A stretch of DNA of 64,000 bases, from the NCBI RefSeq assembly GCF_902713615.1, contig NW_024055445.1:124001-188000 (forward strand), given 5' to 3'. The notes below the pieces were generated by a model. It was given only the letters and a program-made list of their open reading frames with translations. It was not told where the DNA came from and searched no databases. The stretch comes from Scyliorhinus canicula (taxonomy: Eukaryota). Of this stretch, positions 11,254 through 24,440 are shown one piece after another. The translations under genes were made by a program, and so were the position numbers. The number at the start of each line of letters is the position of its first letter. The first letter of the stretch is position 1.

Positions 11254-13794
11254 ACCACAGAGACTGAAATGGGGAGAGCTTAAGACGGTCAGGCCAACAC
11301 GAATTGGAGTTCAGAAGAATCAGAGGTGAAGTTACTGAGATATACAGTATTCGCAGGGGGCTTGACAATGTAGATGCGCCAGGCTATTTCCGCTTTTTGG
11401 AGAGTCTAGGACCATAGGGCACAATCTCAGTGTAAGGTGCCACTCATTTCAGACGAGGATGAAGAGGAATTTCTTCTCTCAGAGCGTAGTGCATCTATAG
11501 AATTATTTGCCGTAGAGAGTTGGCCTGGTCAAGAAATATGTTCAAGGCTGAGACAGGCAGATTTTTCATCAGTAAGGGAATCAAGGGTGATGGGGATAAG
11601 GTGGAAACGTGGAGTTGAGGATTTTGTCAGATTAGCCACGATGTCATTGAATGGCAGATCATATTCCATGGGTCGAATGGCCAAATTCTGCTCCTACATC
11701 TTATGGTTTTATGGCAGCTGAGGGGAAGTTCAATTGAATGAATTAATGAATCAGAACGAATTGTCCTGTCATTCATAATACTTTCGATAATAATTTATCG
11801 AAATTTCCCAAAGCCCAGAAGGTTCACCAACATCCTTCAGAAGAAGAAATCTTCCCTCCTTATCCTATCAGGCCCATATGTGACTCTAGTTCAACAATTA
11901 TGGGTTGACTATTAACTATCTCTGATATTGCCGAGCAAGCAAGTCAGCTGACGGGAAGATGCTACAGAAAGTCAAATGTGAATTAACCGCCCTAAGTGCA
12001 CCTTATCAAAAACGTGGTTTACATCCGGCTTCTCAGGATGGTCAGTTAATGCTGACTTTGTCACTGATGGCTATGTGGCGAAAATGAATCCAAAACTGGG
12101 CAAAGTGCTGCAGATTCTGGAAATCTAAAACAAAAACAACAAAAAAGGCTGCTCAGCAGGTCAGTGGCATCAGCAGAGAGAGGAGCAGCCTCACACTTCA
12201 GGTGGATTACCTCACTGACATAATTCCAACGAGCAGAGCTGCTTTTCCACAGTATCCTCGACCAATGTCCGTTCTTCAACTAAAATCACAGATTAGCTGG
12301 TCACTTATCACTTCTCAGTTTGTGGGAGCTTGCTGTGCATAAATTCCCTGCTCTGTTTCCAACATTAGAGCAGTGACTAAATTCAGCAAAAATATATCAG
12401 TGAGTTCTAAGGGCCTTGGGATTACCTGAGGTCGGGTAAAGCATTTTACAAAAGCAAGCTCTCTCCAAATGTTTATATTTTAAAATGCAAGTTGCAATGT
12501 GTCGAAAGATCTGAGATTAATGTGACTACAGATCTCTCCTCTGCCTGATGTTTTAATTTATCTTCTTTAAATTGGTTAATATTTAAATCAAATTAACATT
12601 CAGTGGAAAGGTAGCTGGTTAAAGATGCTTTATTAATTGAGGCATCAGAACTTTCAGAATGAATACTTAATTTAAATGTATTTTTTCTTTCAATTAAGTA
12701 ACATCTGTTCTAATGGAAGTTTCTATTCATTTTAACCAACTGTCAATATTCTTAAAATAAACCGCTATTTTGAGTTGAAACTAATCAATAAGTGACTGTG
12801 TTTATTTCGTTTTGCTGAAATGGACATTTCATTGTGACCAGTGAGGTGTTTATGTAAATAAACACAGAAATAGAAGATCGAGATTAGATTGCGGACTGAG
12901 AAAAACAAAACAAATGTTTCCCCACCAACACAGCACAGAAATAGAGCCAATGATGCAAATAGGTCAACGGATTCCAGTATTGATTGTTTATCGACATTTT
13001 TTATTCATCAGTTATATGAGAAAAATGTCATGATGATAGCCATGTTTCGAATTAGGAAAAATTCCCTCAAATCTCTAAATATAAAGACATGCGAATTGTG
13101 TTCGTAGAGTTTTCCTGTATCCTACCTCGCTCTGTGTCTTTCTCATAACTGGTTCTGTCTCCTGTCTCTCCACGAAGGGTTACTGTCTTTAATCGACAAC
13201 ATGAAGTCAACATGTGGCCAATACATACTCTCAGCCCTATCTCACCCCGTTGGCTTACAACTAAATGGATTGAATCCATTGAATTGGAATAAATAGAGGG
13301 CGTTTGACTCTAAACTCTGGTTGGAGCAGTCAATGACCTTGGAGTGTTTAATGAGAACTGCAGAGACAATTTTACTCTGTATCTAATTTGGGCCGCACAT
13401 GGTGGCGAAGATTTGATATGGCAGGGCCGGAGAATCTTTCCTTGTACTTCACCAAGCTGCCGTGGACTTGGAGCATTTGATTGCCCAGGGTAGAGCAAGC
13501 TTTACTTGCATGTAACCTGCACTGAACCTGCCCTGTGAGTGTTTTATATGACTGTGCACAGGGAGATTTACTCTGTATCTGAATTATGCTGTACCTGACC
13601 TGGGATGAGTTTGATGGAAAAATGCACAGGTTGCTTTACCCAGTAAATGTATAGGTTTCTTTACCCCACTGTCAAACTGTCTTGGGGATCTCTGAGGACG
13701 AGTGCAGAAGAGGTTTTACCTGGCATAGAACCCTTGATTTCCAGACCTTTAGTGTGTTTCAGCGAGTTATGTAGAGGGAATTTCATTCTATATA

Positions 13795-13964
13795 ATAATA
13801 GCTTATTGTCACAAGTAGGCTTCAATTAAGTCACTGTGAGAAGCCCCTAGTCGCCACATTCCGGCGCCTGTTTGGTGAGCCCGGTATGGGAATTGAACCA
13901 GCGCTGATGGCATTGTTCTGCATTGCAAGCCAGCTATTTACCCCACAGTGCTAAACCAGCCCCT
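13795..13964 (-). mobile_element. Second SINE family copy
   Basis: Matches 8066-8240 and the reverse complement of 62942-63125. Confidence 0.75.
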
Positions 13965-15349
13965 CTTCCAATCTGCAGCTGCTCTGGGACTGTTTGATGG
14001 GGACAGTGTGATTGAAGAGGTCCTGGCGAAGTCTTGTCTCCAACCAGTGATCCAACTGTGTTGCGAGTGTTTAAAGGGACAGTCGGCCCTGCCTCTGTAT
14101 TGTACCTGGCCGTGAACCCGTCTCTGTTTGTGTTATACCACCTCGTACCTGTGTCCGTTTATATTCAATAAGGAGCTTTTTCTGTTTGTTCATATTAAAC
14201 TAGGCCACCAATTAGAGGACTGTCTTGATCAATAAGGAGTTCAGGGGTTATTGGGAGAAGGCAGGAGAATGGGGATTAGGAACATATCGGCCTTGATTTA
14301 ATGGCGGAGTAGTCTCGATGGGTCGAATGGCCTAATTCTACTCCTATATCTTATAGACTTATGTATCCGGTTGTCTCTGTTTACATTAACCTAGAACCTG
14401 ACTCTGTTTCTATTAATTTAAATCTGTCTGTGTGTTACATTAGATACAGCCTCAGTACTGCATTGTTCATATTATACTGGACCCGGCCTCAATCATTGCT
14501 GCGGAAGAGCATGCACAGTAATGTGGAAAGTGGTTGGGGTGGAAATTGTGAAGATAAAAAAAACTAAGGGAACAGTAATAATGTAAAATTCTTTAGCGAG
14601 CAATGCTAATCTATGTCCAGATAAACGTCATAATCTGTCTTGGCAGTGCCCTAGATGTGTGTACAGACAACCGCAGATCTCCCTGATCTTCTTGCAGCCA
14701 CTTCAAATTGTACAACTGAACTTCTAGTGCCTGGGCCTAGTGCAATAAATTAAAGGAATTGACTAGTTGTAATTGTGCAACATAAACAAAGGACCATTAG
14801 ATAAGTAACTGAGTACCTAATGAGCAACATTCATTCGCTTCACAACAGGCACACGGCAGCTGCATTGTGTAACATCGACGGGATGCACTGCAGCAACTCG
14901 CCAAGAATTCTTCAACAGCACCTTCCATACTAGAGACCTCCGAGAATTACACGGGCAACAAGCACATGGGAACACAATACTCTGCATCCTCCTACACATA
15001 CAGCTCTCTGGGGTAGGAATTGGTCTTGGGTACTGGCAAAGAAGAAATGCCAATTGAAATCTAATTCTGCTGACTGACTTAAAATGAATATCAAATGTTG
15101 CATAGCATACACTGTATACTCTATACATCCCGTTTCAGGCTGTTGCTAGACACTGATTTTTGTCCAAAATACGTATTTATTATGTTATATTTCCATCTCA
15201 AAGACATGTGGAATAACGCGCCCACAGTTAAAAGCAGAGGCATCATCTGGTGCATTAATGAAGGGGAGCATTTCTCGGAAAAAATAGACAGATTCAGGAT
15301 CAAATATAGAATCCCTATAGGGCAGAACGCCACTCAACACATAGCATCT

Positions 15350-15595
15350 GCCCCGACCTATGAAAGATCACCCTCCCCAATCCCCTGCCCAGCGCATCCC
15401 TGGACACTAATGGGCAATTTAGAATGGCCAATAAACTTAACCGACACATCTTTGGACTGTGGGAGGAAACCGGAGCACCCGGAGGAAAGCCACTCAGACA
15501 CAGGGGGAAAGTGCAAACTCCACACCATAGTCAAGAATTGAAGCCTGGAGCTATGTGGCAGCAGTGCTAACCACGGTATCACCGTGCCGCCGGGA
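15350..15595 (-). mobile_element. tRNA-derived SINE
   Basis: Reverse-strand V-SINE body (GGAGGAAACCGGAGCACCCGGAGGAAAGCCAC) and head (GCAGTGCTAACCAC). Confidence 0.75.
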
Positions 15596-15682
15596 ACATA
15601 AGCAGAGATTGGGTCTAGTTCACTCTAAACTGAGTTCTGGTCAAGCGGGGTGTCGACTAATACAAATTGAGACATAAACTGA

Positions 15683-15880
15683 GGGCAGCAGGGTAGCATG
15701 GTGGTGAGCATAAATGCTTCACAGCTCCAGGGTCCCAGGTTCGATTTCCGGCTGGGTCACTGTCTGTGTGGAGTCTGCACGTCCTCCCCCTATGTGCGTG
15801 GGTTTCCTCCGGGTGCTCCGGTTTCCTCCCACAGTCCAAAGATGTGCGGGTTTGGTGGATTGGCCATGCTAAATTAGCCC
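15683..15880 (+). mobile_element. tRNA-derived SINE
   Basis: GGGCAGCAGGGTAGCATGGTGG head, GGTTCGATTT B box, V-SINE body. Confidence 0.75.
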
Positions 15881-15989
15881 AGAGTGCTAAAGCAGCCCCT
15901 GTTTCTTGCTAGATTCACCCAGACATGAGGCAGTGCAGTCATTATTAATGATTTGTAATATAAATAGGGTGTGTGCCTGTATATTAACA

Positions 15990-16720
15990 ACTGATATTCA
16001 GCCGAGTGCAGGAAAACTGAGACAGAGCCTGTTGCAATGTGATAGACACACGGCCGATGTTTTCCAAGTCTTGTTGCATATGAAGACAGACTGCTTCAGT
16101 ATTTGCGGAGTCGAATATGGTGCAGAACATTGTGCACTCATCAGCGAACATTCCCAGTTCTGACTTTATGATGAAGGGTGAAGCTAGGGCTGGGGGCACT
16201 ATGCTGGGACACTATACGTGACAGGATGAACCTTGACACTTTTCATGAAGTTGCTGATGACCGAGTGCGGACTGATAGGGAAATAATTGGCCGGGTTGGA
16301 TTTTTCCTGCCTTTTGTGGACGGGTCATGTTTGGCAATGTTACACATTGTTGGGTATATGCCAGTGCTGTACCTGCACTGGAGCAACTTGTCTGGGGCGC
16401 AGCCAGTTCTGCACCTCAAATCTTCAGCCTTGTTGCTGGAATGCTGCCAGGAATAATAACATTTGCATCACCGTCAGCTGTTTCTTGATACCGTGTGGAG
16501 TGAATCAAATTTGCTGAAGACTGACATCCATGATGATGCAGACCACCGGAGGAGGCCGAGATGGATCACCCTCGGCAAGGCTGACAGAAACTTTTGCACT
16601 GATGTGCTGGGCTCCCCCATAACTGAAGAGGGGAATTTTATTGAGGCTCCTATTCCAGCATTTTGTTTATTTGTTTATTACTATTCAGGACTGGATGTGG
16701 CAAAACTGCAAAGGCAGATC
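15990..16720 (-). mobile_element. Degenerate LINE RT fragment
   Basis: Minus-strand translation contains GMFADECTMF, a degenerate RT ADD motif, in repeat context. Confidence 0.5.
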
Positions 16721-19700
16721 CGAAACATTGAAAATGGGATCACAGCAATTATGTGGCATACATATTGAGATGTACTGGTGCAGTATTAATTGAAACAGAG
16801 TGTCGTGTATTATAAACAAAGACAGAGTCTAGTCTAACAAAAATACAGATGGAGTCCAATTTAAAATTAACAGAGACGGGGATCACTGCATTAATTATTG
16901 AGTTAATGTCCGCTTCATGTATCGTCAGGCATCTCGATGTAAATACCATCTGCTGGCCAAGCTGTGCAATTGCAGTTACTGTGTAATGTCACTGTCAGGT
17001 ATGATCCATGATGATGATGTATCACTAATCCTTTTTCCACAAACGTAATACCACATCGCCTTCTGCGGGAGATGCCAAATATAAGGTGTAACTAATTGTA
17101 GGTGGCGCTGGCTGATTCTCCCACATTGAGATCAGAAACAGAGCAAAGCGGCTCAATTCCTGGTCATGCATTTTTGTTCATCTTTGTTAAATAGAGGAAT
17201 GTTTACCTGGGCGCTGTATGGAGTCCATGGGAAATGTAACATTCATCTAACAAACATAGTGTTGGGGAGAGGTTATTGATTCATTATACCACCTGGAAAA
17301 TGGTTGGGATCAATGTCTCCGAAGCTTCCCAGGAAGTTAATATGGGATTTTAATTTTAATGGGGAAATGTGGGTGTGCGTGGAAATCAGAGAGAATGCGT
17401 GTGTGAGAGACTGTGTGTGTGTGTGTCTGTGTTTGTGTGAACCATATGTTGCGTACAACTAAATTTCACAAAGGCCACGACATCCTTCTATTTCCAATAG
17501 ATACACCGCAAATATTTCCACAAATGTAGAACATGAAGCTCCCAATTGTCGTTCTGGGTTGTCATTTTCTCGGTTTGTGTCTATTTCAAACTTGCTAAAT
17601 CCGCTGGTCCTGGTGGTTCACTCCAGCCCATCTTAAGCTTAAGTTGGTTTTTCAGTTTGCAGCTGGTGACACCCAGTTGCGATGTTCAATGTTTAGGTTT
17701 AAGGACATTATGTCACACTTGGAAGAATCCTTGAAGCGGAATATCGGCCTTCCCACTGGGTGCGTGGCTCCGGCTACTTCGCAAAGTGGAAATTCCTTGG
17801 TCGTGTGACCATGGCCGATTTAGGGACCACACTGGAAATGTGCAAGCCTCCTCTTTTTAATTATCTTGGAGAGACTTGAATGCTCTGTCTTTGAGAAAAC
17901 TGCCCCGTTTCTGATTTTGTCCGGCCAGTAAATAGGAAGGAAGCAAGTTACAGGCACTGGGGAGAGAGCCCATGAGTCTCTGTAGATGATGTTTTTTTTG
18001 GATGACCGAATTTTCAGCGTAGAGAAATTATTTGATAAGGATATATTGTGATTATATCTCCGTTTTCATGACTGAAAGGTTGTAGAGGTTGCAGCCTGGC
18101 CTGGTGTGCAAGGGGAATCATCCATATATTCAGGGAAAGCGAAGATCAGCAGCATGGAGAGGAAGCTGCAGAATAGAGTTGGGTGTGGGACATGGTCCTC
18201 TTTCACTCAATTATTCACTTAGAATCTGGATTAAGTGGAATCATCAAACTGTACAATGCAGTGCATTTTGCCATGGAAGAAGTGATTGAGACAGGGGAGC
18301 TTTAGGACACAGCCAACTTTCCCAAATCTTATATTCCCTACTCCGCTGACAGTGTCTAATGTTTATTGAGATTGACAAAAGTAAGGTGAAGAGGTAGACA
18401 TGTGGCAGAGGGAGCAGATCATGTCCAGAGTAAATCTAGCGACGCAAACACATTGTTCTCAGCTACATTCAGCCTGCAAGCAAATGAAGTGTTTAAAGTG
18501 TGACCAGTGGAGAAGCCTTCCCAGTGCTGCTGTGAATGATATATGTCCATAGTTGCTGCAGTCTCCTCTGTCCACTTTGTTTTCCGGTATTGGTTATGAT
18601 TTTGCATCATGAATCTCCTCTGGGATGTCTTATATCTTCCAGCAGAGAAGGCGAAGGTCATAAATGTTCAGAAGCATAGCAATTATGTTCACCAATTTTC
18701 ATTTATTTATGAATATAAGTAGTTAGATTCACAAATTGCCATCGTTCCACAAAGTACAGTTTTAAATTAAGTTATACGGTGGGGCCGTCGAAGGCTAAGC
18801 AATGACTTATTGTCCATCGCTAATTGCCTTTCACAAAGAGGAGGTGAGCTGCCTGTTTGAGTCTCTACAGTCACTCTGGTGTAGGTACACCGATGATGCT
18901 GTTAGGAAGGCAGCTGTAGGTTTTTGAACCAGCGACAGCGAAGATTCGGTGATATATTTCCAAGTCAGGATAGTGAGTGATTTGGAGGTAGACCTCTTCA
19001 CCATACTTTCATCAATCTCAATAAACATTCGACATCGTCAGCAGGGAAGGGACAAGAAGATTTGGAGGGGAATTTCCAAGTGGTGATCTTCCCATTTGTC
19101 AGCTATATTTTCCTTCTGGGAGGTAATGGTCCTGGGTTTAGAACGTGTTCCAAAGAAGATTTGCTGCGTTCCTGCAGTGCATCTTGTGGGTGGTACATTA
19201 TTGTCATTGTTCGTCGGTGGTGGATGGAATGAGTGGCAAGAGGGTGGCAGTCAACCGGGGCTGCTTTGGCCTGGATGGTGTCGAGCTTTTTGAATTTTGT
19301 TGGAGCTGCACCCAGCCAGGCCACTGGAGAGTATTCAATTACAGTCCTGACTTGTGCCTTGCAGATGGTGAACAGGCTTTGGGAGTCAGGAGGTGAGTTG
19401 CTCGCCGCAGGCTTCCTAGACGCTGACCGTATCTTGAAGCCTCAGCATTTATATGGTTAGTCTAGTACAGTTTCTGGTCAGTGGTAACCCCAGTGTATTG
19501 ATCGTGGGGGATTCAGCGATGGCAATATCACTGAATGTCAAGGAGCGATGGTTAGATTCTACTTTCCTGGAGATGGTCATTGTTCAGCAATTCCGTGGCG
19601 AATATTACCAATTGTCACAATTCACAAAGTTAAATAATGATATTAATCAATTATCATCAACTCACTACATAAAAAGTTATATTCACCAATTATGATCCGC

Positions 19701-19937
19701 ATTTTCTTTTACAAAATGTAAATGCAATTCATTTAAGAGAGGTGGATTTGAGACCAGGAAGAGATCAGCCATGATGATTGAATGACGGAGCAGGCTCGAA
19801 GATCTGAATTGCCTTCTTCCGCTCCTCTTTCCTATATTCGTATGTTTAACATAATTTATTCAGAGTAAACTTAATTGAGATAGCATTGACCATTCTGTCA
19901 CCAAGAAGTCACATATGCATCAGAATTCAATGTGAAA

Positions 19938-20162
19938 GGGCAGCACGGTGGCCTAGTGGTTAGCACAACCGCCTCACGGCGCTGAGGTCTCAGGTTCGAT
20001 CCCGGCTCTGGGTCACTGTCCGTGTGTAGTTTTCACATTCTCACCGTGTCTGCGTGGGTTTCGCCCCCACAACCCAAAAATGTGCAGAGTAGGTGGATTG
20101 GCCATGCTAAATTGCCCCTTAATTGGAAAAAATAATTGGGTAATCTAAATTTATAAAAGAAA
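19938..20162 (+). mobile_element. tRNA-derived SINE
   Basis: Near-identical to 390-630; TSD AGAATTCAA(T/A)GTGAAA at 19922-19937 and 20163-20178. Confidence 0.88.
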
Positions 20163-22996
20163 AGAATTCAAAGTGAAATGGAATAAAACCAGACCAAGGA
20201 TTATGTGCAGCTACCCAGCAGCCTCTGCGCTGCATTGGTCAGTAATCACCTCAGAATCTCCAGACTGGAGAGTGAGATGATTTTTAAAGTGATGGTGGAA
20301 ATGAAAATGTCTGTATCTAATGTCTGTATTAATGACGTTAATGCACCTTTAAATCCCGATTTATTATTACACTGTTTTGTAAAGTAATTCAATGTCTGCA
20401 GCTGTCCACTGAGTTTCACCGTATTTCTATTTTCACTTTAATATGTTTTCAGTCTGGTGTCTTCATTAATTTGGGTGAGGACATCTGGATTGACGTATTG
20501 TACATGCAATGACCTCATGCTCCAAATATTACAACTGTCCCTCCTCAACGTAATCATGTTCCCGCTTTCTGTCTTTGAGATAAAGATTCACGATCAGCAG
20601 AGAAGAATCGCCAGAACCGCAGGAATATCTCCAGTTTCCTCTTAGTGACGTCCAGCTCGTCAGTTCCAGATAGTCTGGGGATGGAATTCACCCAGAAAAT
20701 CTTCAGCCACCGATTGTGCCATTCTGACGCAAACTATAGAGGACCTGCTTTAATTTGTGAAGTTATCAAGCGCAATACTGAGAATGTAGAACAACATCTT
20801 TCAGACCATCTATCCATCCATCAACACCATTCACTGATTCCTCAATCAAAATATTCAGGCATCCAACCAACATCCATCCCGATATCAAAGCAGGAATCCC
20901 TTTATCTTTTGGGTGGGCGGGCGGGGGAGTATTAATGCCATTGAACCAATAATCCAAAGGCCCGGGCTAATTCTGTGGGAACTCGGGAACAAATCCCACC
21001 ATGGCCGGTGGGGGAATTTGAGTTAAATTAATAAATCTGGAATACAGACTAACTGTGGCCATGAAATCCTCTCTGCTTCACCAATGAAGGAAATCTGACA
21101 ACCTTCCCTGGTCTCACATACATGTGACTTCAGTCGTACAGCAACATGTCTGACTCTTCAGTTCCTTCTGAGCTGGCCCAGCAAACCACTCAGTTCAACA
21201 GCAATTAGGGACAGGGAACACGTGGCGATCTTGCCAGTGAGTCCCGCGTTCCATGGAAACATATAGGAAAAAAGACAAGAATATACATGTTGATTTGTTA
21301 CAAATGGGCCCCTGTCTGATAGTCCAATTGTATTTCTATCCATCATCACAATGTTATGAGATGTGGGAGAGATCCTTCAGCCGGCTATGTTGCTAAGAGT
21401 GGCAAGAGAAGCTGGATAACTCTCCTTAGACATGGGAACAATTCAAATAGGTTCACAATTTAAAACGTAAAATGATCTCCAGTACTGTTGCTGGGTAGAT
21501 TTGTTTATAAATAGTCCTCATTGACAATGTTACGAGTTTGAAGTTGGCTTGCAGCCAAGCGGTCAGTACTGAGCAAACAGATCTTTGAAAATAAAATCCA
21601 GATGCTTCCTGTAAACAACATTGAACATTCGAGCCTCCCTGACTGCAGGCGGCTGGATTGCTGCCAAATACTGTGTGGGGCAGATTAGCCTGAATATGAA
21701 TGGATTAAATGGGATGTATCCATTCAAACAGTAAATATTTCAGTCGCACATGAAGTAAAAGTTTTAGATGGTATTTCATCTAAATAAATATATTCACTGA
21801 ATTCTCTGTTCACTCTGAGGTTATTTAATTTATCTTCGTTCCGAGTAAAGGTCACTAGTTGTTAAAGTCCGTTTTTTTTAACCTAATCAAGAGAGAGTGA
21901 GTGGTGTTGATGGATCCAATCCCCAAGCCCAATAAGATCAGTAGAATTGCAAAAAAAAATAAGTTAAATTAAAAGAAAGTCTTAAAACTGCCTTCAACCC
22001 GCCGGAATTCCTGGATTATTCTCCGAGTTGTTGATTTCATTCAAACGGAGGCGTCTCTTATACCCGATTAACACCGTGTTCTGTACAGTTTAAGTTGTGC
22101 TGATTTCTATTATTTAACAATCTCCCTCATTGCTGCCAATGAGTGGAGAAATTACCAGTTCATAACCTGCTTCCGTGGAAGATAAAACATTTATTCTTGT
22201 GATATTGTGTAATATGCAGCAAAGTCCTGATATCCTGTGTTCCCAATACCAGTGAATGTGAGACTACCGGTGACCAATAAAATTAGCGGCAATGATTTGG
22301 ATGCTGAAGGATAACTTTGCTGATCGCCGCGTCCGTTCTGATTCATTAACTTCTCCGTCAAAAGCTGGTGTGAATTTTATGTTTCTCTGTCAACTGACTG
22401 ATGAATTATCAGGCAAGCGGCTTCTTTTACCGCTAATGTTCACAGGGCTGTCTGAGGCTCAGGGACAGTTCCAGAAATGTGAAGAGAGACATTGTGTAAT
22501 GTGAGAGTTTCTTCTTGTCTCCAAACCCACATTGTTCCACACTGGGAATGGAATCGTGATCATCATTCCCGCATTTAGTTACATTAATCGCTGACAATTC
22601 CCCTGATAAATTATATTTTTTTGCAAATCGGATAGCGACTTGGAGTGTTGCAAATCAGACTGATAGACGACTTATTCCCTGACAATAGAATTCAATCTGT
22701 TTATGCTTATTCCCTTCTGCTGTCTGTCGAAATAAAGGGACTGGATTTACAATGGAATCGTTTTTTAACAGATGCGCAAATGTAATTTCGCCAATCGAAC
22801 CAATTAGGACATCACTAAGAATCTAGTCAGACAAACCACTATCCAGATACACATAAATATCCACTTTTAATAATATTCTATAGTAAATCTCTGTGTCCAT
22901 TCTGTTGGGGGTGTGGAAGGCGGGACGTGGATCCAGCCGCCGCCTCCACCAGGGAAACAACAGGCGGCGCCTGGAAAGCCGCCCCCTTCTGCCGGG

Positions 22997-23004
22997 TATT
23001 TAAA
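22997..23004 (+). promoter_or_regulatory. TATA-like box of the VH promoter
   Basis: TATTTAAA about 90 bp upstream of the leader ATG, after a GC-rich patch. Confidence 0.5.
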
Positions 23005-23095
23005 TGCCGCTCACTGGGACCCGAATCCAACAGTCCGGGAGTTGGTTTGGTCACTGAGTTCCTGACACAACCATTTCCCCCAAATGACCAGAAGG

Positions 23096-23141
23096 ATGAG
23101 GTGGGCCATTTCTCTCAGTTTGTTGCTGACTTTCTTATCCC
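23096..23141 (+). CDS. IGHV: IgM VH leader exon (MRWAISLSLLLTFLS)
   Basis: Hydrophobic signal peptide, phase-1 GT donor at 23142; an in-frame upstream ATG exists at 23084. Confidence 0.9.
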
Positions 23142-23269
23142 GTGAGTAGTTTTTATTGTCCAAGTCTCTCACTGTTACTGTCTCAGTGTTAGTCTCTCTC
23201 TGGAATGTTCCAGAGTCACCAATCATTTCACCAGCATTAATCCTCGGGCTTTTTGATATATTTTTACAG

Positions 23270-23574
23270 GTGTCCAGTCGGATGTTGTGTTGACTCAGCC
23301 GGAGGCAGAGACCGGGCGTCCCGGAGGCTCCCTGACACTGACCTGTAAAACCAGCGGCTTCGATCTTAGCAGCTACAATATGTTCTGGATCCGGCAAGTT
23401 CCCGGGCAGGGGCTGGAGTGGTTGGTATATTACTATAGTTCATCCAACAACAACTACGCCGCAGCCATTAAAGATCGATTCACTGCGTCCAAAGACACTT
23501 CAACCAACAGCTTCTCTTTGGCCATGACGAACCTGAAGACCGAAGACACCGCCATCTATTACTGTGCAAGAAAC
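23270..23574 (+). CDS. IGHV: Immunoglobulin heavy-chain V segment (unrearranged, open)
   Basis: TTTTTACAG acceptor; [25 protein letters not shown]...[12 protein letters not shown]...DTAIYYCAR with both Cys and the Trp conserved. Confidence 0.97.
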
Positions 23575-23613
23575 CACAGCGAGAGGAACCAGGGCTGGAC
23601 CCGCACAAGAACA
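23575..23613 (+). promoter_or_regulatory. VH 23-RSS
   Basis: CACAGCG (23575-23581), 23-bp spacer, ACAAGAACA (23605-23613). Confidence 0.92.
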
Positions 23614-23982
23614 GCTCGAGAGGGAATTCAGCAACTTGCACCTTAACCTGAAGGTCAGCACTTGATCCAAATGTAATATTGATGCCAGTGATCAGAATCT
23701 AAACACAAGCTGCTTCTTACATAACTCACACAGAGAAAATTAAACAGTAAAACCGAACAAACCAATCGATCTAATAGGATGAGCTTTTGCCTGTTTACAT
23801 TTACTGTTAACACTTTCAGCTATTACAGACGTGGATATAATCCTCGCTTTATTATTGTGATACTTGGGAAAATCCATGTACATTGAGTTTGATAAACTGT
23901 TGCCTAAATTGTAAATTAGATTAGGGGCAATCGTCTATTTGAAGTGAATATTGAGCGGCAGAACTGAACAGAGAGTGAGTGC

Positions 23983-24060
23983 AGTTTTTGTGCGGGTGTC
24001 TGTCACTGTGACTACAGTGGGTCACAGTGCTGTGCACAGAGACATCCTCATACAAAAACC
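23983..24060 (+). other. IGHD: D1 segment ACTACAGTGGGT (24011-24022) with 5' 12-RSS and 3' 22-RSS
   Basis: AGTTTTTGT, 12 bp, CACTGTG (24004-24010); CACAGTG (24023-24029), 22 bp, ACAAAAACC (24052-24060). Confidence 0.95.
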
Positions 24061-24355
24061 TCAGAGAAAGAGCTTGTTCAAATTGGTGATCAGAACCCCA
24101 GCAGGATCGTCAATGTTAATGAGGTTTAAATAAAACAAAATGTTATTTTGGAAAAAGGTATAAAAATGTTCCACTTTATCTCTGTTGACCAACAGGCTAA
24201 ACCTGCCCAGAGCGTCTAAAAGTGTTCCGATCCTCTTTATTAATGTAGTGATCAGGACAAGCTGAAATAACTCACACATTCGCTCTTGGAAGAAACATAG
24301 TTTTTTGAGAGCGCACTGAAATTAAATCTGTGTTTTACAGTTAACAGTCTGCCGC

Positions 24356-24383
24356 AGTATTTGACACGCTGTGTCTCACTGTG
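24356..24383 (+). promoter_or_regulatory. 5' 12-RSS of D2
   Basis: AGTATTTGA (6/9 to consensus), 12 bp, CACTGTG (24377-24383). Confidence 0.85.
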
Positions 24384-24440
24384 ATACCTGGTACATCTTG
24401 GGCTACTGGGGACAAGGCACCATGGTGACGGTGACTGCAG
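24384..24440 (+). CDS. IGHJ: Pre-joined D2-JH segment (TWYILGYWGQGTMVTVTA)
   Basis: The WGQG J motif begins 23 nt after the D2 heptamer with no RSS between; GTAAG donor at 24441. Confidence 0.9.

Larger units (their letters stand above)
6230..13285. repeat. Tandem segmental duplication: unit A ~6230-9815, unit B ~9872-13285
   Basis: Collinear matches: TTAACCAGATGAG..ATTGGGTGGACATT (6230/9872), TTTTATATGGAGCCAGTGGAATTCCC (~6766/~10388), AATCGACAACATGAAG.CAACATGTG (9721/13191). Confidence 0.85.

Noticed and set aside
16749-16949. Faint Ig C-domain-like string (SRCLTIHEADINS)
   Set aside because: No canonical Cys/Trp spacing or splice sites; lies in simple-repeat sequence.
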